Below the pieces are notes generated by a model. It saw only the letters and a list, made by a program, of their open reading frames with translations. It did no database searches and had not been told where the DNA came from. The position numbers and the translations under genes were made by a program. 64,000 bases of DNA from Syntrophobacterales bacterium (GTDB lineage Bacteria; Desulfobacterota; Syntrophia; Syntrophales; UBA2210): NCBI GenBank assembly GCA_018433345.1, contig JAHDRK010000033.1, forward strand, positions 9,166 through 73,165. The letters are read 5' to 3'. This document shows, piece by piece, positions 58,793 to 64,000 of this stretch (positions are counted from its first letter, which is position 1; each line of letters begins with the position of its first letter).

Positions 58793-59021
58793 GGTCTTGT
58801 TTGTCCCATGACATTGCCGCTTACATACAAAATAACCGCTCTTCCCGAGCCTGTGGAAGGATCGCGGGGTACGAGCGGGCAACGAGACGGAACACCTTAT
58901 CTCCACTTCCACAGGCCCGTTGCGGAAGGTGACAAAAAAGACCGCCGCCCGCCCATAGCCCCTCACCTCGCTGCCATATTTCTTCTTGACTGAAAAAACC
59001 CTTTTATATAGACGTAAAAAG

Positions 59022-59579
59022 ATGTCACCAAGACCCTGGGATATTATTTCGAGCAAGGAGGAAGGGTCCTTCGGGATCTTTTCAATACGGCGGAAGCGGG
59101 CCCGCTCGCCCCGAACGGCTCGCGAACACGATTTCATCATCTTGGAATGCCCTCCCTGGGTCAACGTGATTCCCGTCACCACCGAGGGCAAGGTGGTCAT
59201 GATACGTCAGTGGCGACACGGGATCGGCGGGGATACCCTGGAGATACCGGGAGGCGTGGTGGAACACGGCGATACGCCTCTTTTGGCCGCCCACCGAGAG
59301 CTTAGGGAAGAAACGGGGTACCTGGCGGAGGACATGGTTCCCGTGGGATTCGTCCATCCCAACCCCGCATTCATGGACAACCGATGCTACACCTACGTGG
59401 CGGAAGGGGCGACTCTCAACGGAAGCCAGGAGCTCGATGACAAGGAAGACATAGATGTCGTCCTAATGGAACCCTCGGAAATACCGGCCCTTATCCGCAA
59501 CGGCGTTATCACCCACTCCCTGGTCGTCGTAGCCTTCTATCGGTATTTCATGGAATATCTATCACATGAACCGGCTTAA
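59022..59579 (+). CDS. NUDIX hydrolase (ADP-ribose pyrophosphatase-like)
   Basis: Nudix box GGVVEHGDTPLLAAHRELREETGY. Start at ATG 59022. Confidence 0.8.
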   Translation: MSPRPWDIISSKEEGSFGIFSIRRKRARSPRTAREHDFIILECPPWVNVIPVTTEGKVVMIRQWRHGIGGDTLEIPGGVVEHGDTPLLAAHRELREETGYLAEDMVPVGFVHPNPAFMDNRCYTYVAEGATLNGSQELDDKEDIDVVLMEPSEIPALIRNGVITHSLVVVAFYRYFMEYLSHEPA

Positions 59580-60120
59580 AGAGTATCGGTTTTGTCCCCG
59601 CTGCGGCGGGAAGCTGGAGTCAAAGATCGTAAAAAGAGGCGAACCCGCCCGTCTTGTTTGTCTGTCCTGCGATTTCGTGTTTTATATAGACCCCAAAATA
59701 GCGGCCTGCACTATCGTTGAAAGAAGCGGGAAGATCCTCCTGTTGAAACGAGCGATCGAACCTGCCGGGGGCGCGTGGGTTATCCCCGGCGGGTTTGTCG
59801 ACGTGGGGGAAACAGTCCTCCAAGCCGCCGTCCGTGAAACGAAAGAGGAGGCCTTGCTTGACGTGGAGCCGGGTCCTCTGGTCGGTGTCTATTCTTACCC
59901 CGGGGTATCGGTGATTGTCATCGTCTACGAGGCGCAAATCATCAGGGGTATCCCGGGTGCCGGCGACGAATCCCTAGAGGCAGGCCTTTTCCTCCCTTCC
60001 GAGATTCCCTGGCCCTCCCTGGCCTTTACCAGTACCATGGACGCCCTCAAGGATTACCTGGATCGCCGTCATCCTGAAGCAACCCTTTCTTGGAACCGCC
60101 GTTCACCGAGGGACATTTGA
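59566..60120 (+). CDS. NUDIX hydrolase with N-terminal zinc-ribbon
   Basis: CPRCGG...CLSCDF zinc-ribbon followed by the Nudix box GGFVDVGETVLQAAVRETKEEALL. It overlaps the previous gene by 14 nt. Confidence 0.8.
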   Translation: MNRLKEYRFCPRCGGKLESKIVKRGEPARLVCLSCDFVFYIDPKIAACTIVERSGKILLLKRAIEPAGGAWVIPGGFVDVGETVLQAAVRETKEEALLDVEPGPLVGVYSYPGVSVIVIVYEAQIIRGIPGAGDESLEAGLFLPSEIPWPSLAFTSTMDALKDYLDRRHPEATLSWNRRSPRDI

Positions 60121-60198
60121 CGCCAACAACCCGATCGTATAATCTGAAGATGCTTCTATGAATACATTAGCCGAATGCCTGTTGAAAAGGAGGGGACA

Positions 60199-61944
60199 AT
60201 GAGCCAAGGAGGGATCGTTCGATTTGAAGATGAGCTGACACTGACGCTCTGCGGGGAAGCGGGGCATGGAATCCAATCGGTGGAACTGCTCGCGACGGCG
60301 CTTTTGAAAGATTCAGGACGCTACGTATTTTCAACCAAGGAATTTATGTCCCGCATCAGGGGGGGAAGCAACTCCACCACGATACGTGTCGCTTCGAGGC
60401 CTGTCGACGCTTCTCTCTATCGTATAGATATACTCATTCCCTTTGACAGGGCCGCTCTCGATCACGTAAGACGTCGCCTGTCGCCGGAAACGGTTATATT
60501 TGCCGACGAAGATACCTTGACCGGGAAAGAGATTCCGGGAAATCCCGTTACTATACCGATGCCTTTCAGAAAAACCGCCGAGGAACTGGGTAACGTGCTT
60601 TACACGAACATGGTTGCCTCGGGCTTCATCGCGGGACTCTTTTCAATAGATGAAAAGACCCTCGCCGCAAGGGTGCGGGGCATGTTCACCGGAGAACGAT
60701 CATCATTGGCGGACGTGAACGTGGAAGCCGCCCGCAAGGGGAGCGAATCGGCGCGGAGACTTGTCGGCGCGGGCGGGATCGCCGTCGAGATCCCGGGCGA
60801 TCCCGCTGTTCATGACTATATCTCGATCAACGGCGCGGAAGCGGTCGGACTCGGCGCCCTCGCCGGGGGGTGCGATTTCGTCTCATCCTACCCCATGTCT
60901 CCTTCAACGGCGGTACTCGTCTTCATGGCCGAGAAAGCCGATCAGTTCGGCGTTATCGTGGAACAGGCAGAGGACGAGATCAGCGCGGCCAACATGGTTA
61001 TCGGGGCATGGTACGCCGGTGCGAGGGCGATGGTCACCACGTCCGGCGGCGGGTTCGCCCTCATGGAAGAGACGGTTGGACTGGCTGGGATGCTCGAATC
61101 GCCGCTGGTCGTTCATCTGGCCCAGCGGCCCGGCCCTGCCACGGGGCTTCCCACGAGGACGGAACAAGGAGATCTCAACTTGGCCCTCTATTCGGGACAT
61201 GGCGAATTTCCACGCATTCTGCTCGCACCGGGGACACCCCTGGATGCGATCGAGCTTACCCAAAAAGCGTTCTCACTCGCCGACCTGTATCAGATCCCCG
61301 TCTTCGTACTGACAGATCAATACTTCATCGATTCCTCCTGGACCATTCCCGCGCCCCGATTCGGGGAAAACGCCCCTCGGCTGCGAATCGTGGAAACGAA
61401 AGGGGATTACCGCCGCTATCGGCTGACCGACGAAGGCATATCGCCCCGCGGGGTTCCAGGCTGGGGAGAGGGACTGGTGGTGGTCGACAGCGACGAGCAC
61501 GACGAAGAAGGTCACATCACGGAAAACCACGGAGTGCGGGTCGATATGGTCGATAAACGTCTGGCCAAGTACGCGGCCGTGAGACAGGACGCGCAGGCAC
61601 CCGAGCTTTACGGCCCCGAGGACTACGATACCCTTATCATAAGCTGGGGTTCCACGGGGCCGATTGTAAGGGAAGCCCTCCGACGTATTCGACGCCCCGG
61701 GACATCCCTGCTCCACTTCAGGCAGGTCTATCCTCTACACCCAAAAACGCCGGAGTACCTCGGCAAGGCACGCCGCCGGGTCATGGTTGAAGGTAACGCC
61801 ACGGCTCAATTCGAACGCCTGCTCCGCGCCGAAACGGGATACGGGGCGAGAGACCGTATCCTTAAATATGACGGCCTGCAATTCACCGTCGACGAACTGG
61901 TGCAAAAATTTGAAGAACTTGACGAAAGTGAGGTGGGGAAATGA
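60199..61944 (+). CDS. 2-oxoacid:ferredoxin (acceptor) oxidoreductase alpha subunit (fused gamma-alpha type)
   Basis: The G.GGQG-like motif GEAGHGIQS is present with a pyrimidine-binding domain pattern ([16 protein letters not shown]). An AAGGAGGGG RBS favours ATG 60199 over 60175. Confidence 0.8.
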   Translation: MSQGGIVRFEDELTLTLCGEAGHGIQSVELLATALLKDSGRYVFSTKEFMSRIRGGSNSTTIRVASRPVDASLYRIDILIPFDRAALDHVRRRLSPETVIFADEDTLTGKEIPGNPVTIPMPFRKTAEELGNVLYTNMVASGFIAGLFSIDEKTLAARVRGMFTGERSSLADVNVEAARKGSESARRLVGAGGIAVEIPGDPAVHDYISINGAEAVGLGALAGGCDFVSSYPMSPSTAVLVFMAEKADQFGVIVEQAEDEISAANMVIGAWYAGARAMVTTSGGGFALMEETVGLAGMLESPLVVHLAQRPGPATGLPTRTEQGDLNLALYSGHGEFPRILLAPGTPLDAIELTQKAFSLADLYQIPVFVLTDQYFIDSSWTIPAPRFGENAPRLRIVETKGDYRRYRLTDEGISPRGVPGWGEGLVVVDSDEHDEEGHITENHGVRVDMVDKRLAKYAAVRQDAQAPELYGPEDYDTLIISWGSTGPIVREALRRIRRPGTSLLHFRQVYPLHPKTPEYLGKARRRVMVEGNATAQFERLLRAETGYGARDRILKYDGLQFTVDELVQKFEELDESEVGK

Positions 61945-62807
61945 ATTCCGGCAGGTTTGACATGGGCTCAATCGACGTGGCTTGGTGTCCGGGATGTGGA
62001 AATTTCGCCATTTTGAACACGCTGAAGGCGGCCCTGGAAGAGATCGGCATAACCCCGACCAAGTTGGTCATGGTGTCGGGAATCGGCCAAGCCGCTAAAA
62101 TTCCCCACTACATGAAATGTAACGTGTTCAATGGACTCCACGGACGGGCGCTGCCGGCGGCGACGGCTATCAAGGCGGTCAACCCTGGACTCACGGTGAT
62201 CGCAGAAAGCGGCGACGGCGACATGTACGGAGAAGGAGGCAACCATTTCCTTCACGCGATAAGGAGAAATCCCGACATTACCAACATCGTTCACAATAAC
62301 ATGGTCTACGGCCTTACCAAGGGACAGGCCTCGCCCACGAGCCGGCGGGGATTCGTCACACCCGTCCAGGTGAGGGGCGTTTCCGAAGAACCTTTTAACC
62401 CCCTTGCCGTTGCGATTGCCCAGAAGGCGACCTTCGTCGCCAGGGGTTTCGCCGGCGACCAGGAGCGGCTGAAAGAACTGCTCGTCAGGGCGGTCTCGCA
62501 CCGCGGCTACGCCCTGGTCGACATACTGCAGCCCTGTGTTTCGTTCAACAAGTTAAACACCTTCGCCTGGTTCCGGGAACACACGGTTTCATTGCCCTCT
62601 TCTCATGATCCAACGGATCCGGTGGAGGCCTTCCGGCGGGCCATGGAAGACGACCCCCTTCCACTCGGTGTTTTTTACGAGGAAACAGGCAGGCCGATCT
62701 TCGAAGAAACCCTTGGTCTCTACGAAAGAAGTGATCTCCCCCTGTTCCGTCGCGAGCGGAATATGGCGGAACTGCAACGGCTCGTTGACGGAAAGACCGG
62801 GCGGTGA
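61941..62807 (+). CDS. 2-oxoacid:ferredoxin oxidoreductase beta subunit (TPP-binding)
   Basis: WCPGCGNF N-terminus and the GDGD...N TPP motif ([32 protein letters not shown]). It overlaps the alpha gene by 4 nt. Confidence 0.85.
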   Translation: MNSGRFDMGSIDVAWCPGCGNFAILNTLKAALEEIGITPTKLVMVSGIGQAAKIPHYMKCNVFNGLHGRALPAATAIKAVNPGLTVIAESGDGDMYGEGGNHFLHAIRRNPDITNIVHNNMVYGLTKGQASPTSRRGFVTPVQVRGVSEEPFNPLAVAIAQKATFVARGFAGDQERLKELLVRAVSHRGYALVDILQPCVSFNKLNTFAWFREHTVSLPSSHDPTDPVEAFRRAMEDDPLPLGVFYEETGRPIFEETLGLYERSDLPLFRRERNMAELQRLVDGKTGR

Positions 62808-62882
62808 GAAACGGGGGGATCGGTTTTTCGATCCGGCCGAACAAGGATAAACTTTTTTTGAAATAAGTGTGGGAAGAGGAAA

Positions 62883-64000
62883 ATGAAGAATTATTTCAAG
62901 GAAGCGGCACAGAAAATATACGAGGACGCAAAACGAGAGGGGCGATTGATCGAGGGTAAATCACTTGCCGAAATCAAGGAAATCGCTCTTCAGCAGGATG
63001 GGGTCATCCAAACCAATTTGGGATCCGTGGCGGCCGACTCGGAACCCATGTCACGTTCGGCCCCGCACACCAAGAACAATGGGGATCACGCCTTCGGAGA
63101 AGAAGAAGAGGCCTTGGCCGCAAAGGCGGTCAAGTACCTGTCCGGCGAGACAATCCTTTCTCTGGATACCATTGTGGGCGACGGTTCCGAGAATGTGACA
63201 GCCCGCTTTATCATGCCCGTCTGTTACGCCCAGATCGCCTACGGCCTGAAGCTCCTCTTCGAGGACACCCCTGCCGCCAGGGTTGTGGAAAATCCGACCT
63301 ACACCATTATCTACTTCACCGACGAGGCTTTCGAAACCAACAAGCTAAAAAAGCTTTTAGACAAGGACATCACTGTTCGACTCTGGATGGGCGACAAACG
63401 GGGGGAACAGGTCAAAATATGCCGAAACACGATTTATCTGGGCGAGGCCAAGAAAGGAGTCTTTCAGTTTGAAGGTTGGCGGGTGAAGACGCTTGACAAA
63501 ACCGGCATATTTCTTCATTGCGGCGCGCGCCGGGATATTCTCTGGATTTATGATCTCGAAACGGAGCGGCCGGAACTCAAGGAACGGGTGACGGGGGTTG
63601 CAGGATTGACGGCGACAGGCAAAACCACGACACTGTGCCGCAAGCTGGCGAAACTTCCGCGAGAAATATCCGAGATGATCGGCGACGACGGCGGCTCCGT
63701 GGGCATGGACGGAAGCTACGCGGCATTTGAGAAGGGCGGGGTGTACGTCAAGACGGAGGGTCTCGATGAAAGCCAGCCTGAAATCCTGAGGGCGGCGCTG
63801 TCCGCGGATGTGTTCCTCGAAAATGTCGCCATTTCCAAATATCCTTACACACCCGACTTTAAAGACACCAGTAAGACAGGAAACGGGAGGGCCGTCGTTC
63901 GTCGGGAACACCTTGGACTGGCCGGCACAAACCTCAGGGCCGACCGCCTGGATTACATCATTATACTCACCCGGAATCCTCTGGCTAACGTGGTGTCGAA
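62883..64000 (+). CDS. PEP carboxykinase (ATP) family protein, divergent; 3' end lies outside the window (absent from the ORF track)
   Basis: I translated it by hand and found no stop from ATG 62883 to the window end. GLTATGKTTTL matches kinase-1a GLSGTGKTTLS. MIGDDGGSVGMDGSYAAFEKGGVYVKT matches LIGDDEHGW..GVFNFEGGCYAKT. SKTGNGRAVV matches SKTENTRVSY. Confidence 0.7.
   Translation, partial: MKNYFKEAAQKIYEDAKREGRLIEGKSLAEIKEIALQQDGVIQTNLGSVAADSEPMSRSAPHTKNNGDHAFGEEEEALAAKAVKYLSGETILSLDTIVGDGSENVTARFIMPVCYAQIAYGLKLLFEDTPAARVVENPTYTIIYFTDEAFETNKLKKLLDKDITVRLWMGDKRGEQVKICRNTIYLGEAKKGVFQFEGWRVKTLDKTGIFLHCGARRDILWIYDLETERPELKERVTGVAGLTATGKTTTLCRKLAKLPREISEMIGDDGGSVGMDGSYAAFEKGGVYVKTEGLDESQPEILRAALSADVFLENVAISKYPYTPDFKDTSKTGNGRAVVRREHLGLAGTNLRADRLDYIIILTRNPLANVVS

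Noticed and set aside
63357-63911. 184-aa minus-strand ORF
   Set aside because: It is a shadow ORF antisense to the PEPCK-family gene, which shows family motifs on the plus strand.
1-64000. Search for CRISPR arrays, IS elements or transposases, integrases, prophage genes, toxin-antitoxin pairs or known defence systems
   Set aside because: I could not recognise any such feature. There are no regularly spaced repeat arrays, no transposase, integrase or reverse-transcriptase motifs, and every large ORF is explained by housekeeping, envelope or signalling families.

Overview
This is a GC-rich, densely coding bacterial chromosomal window. I call 47 protein-coding genes plus one gene fragment, and found no rRNA, tRNA, CRISPR array, transposase, integrase or phage genes. 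The content is mainly core metabolism and envelope functions. The plus strand carries an Fe-S/flavoprotein pair followed by NfnAB-type electron-bifurcating transhydrogenase genes, an LPS-core/O-antigen block, ribD and a specialised NusG paralog. It also carries a DEAD-box helicase, a thiolase, a MoxR-VWA pair, two NUDIX hydrolases, a 2-oxoacid:ferredoxin oxidoreductase and a divergent PEP-carboxykinase-like gene that runs off the right edge. The minus strand carries ectABC, a class II (B12) ribonucleotide reductase operon with NrdR-box-like sites, an MFP-RND-TolC efflux operon bracketed by two PAS-rich hybrid histidine kinases, a THX ribosomal peptide gene coupled to a radical SAM gene, and a tkt-pgi-split-metH operon. 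The gene content suggests an anaerobic Desulfobacterota/deltaproteobacterium-like organism; this is inference only. I found no obvious novel multi-gene system such as a defence island or mobile element. The items most worth a second look are these: (1) a peroxiredoxin-like gene with an in-frame TGA at the catalytic-Cys position and a SECIS-like hairpin, probably an unannotated selenoprotein that the ORF track truncates. (2) nfnA is interrupted by a single in-frame TAG. (3) A bTHX-like 39-aa gene sits 3 nt upstream of a radical SAM gene. (4) An intergenic region carries 66-73 bp direct repeats with regular C3/G3 tracts. (5) A roughly 30-bp sequence is present twice in inverted orientation 31 kb apart. 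(6) The PEPCK-family ORF was missed by the ORF track and has a changed metal-site motif. All functional calls rest on motif recognition by eye, and no database search was run.
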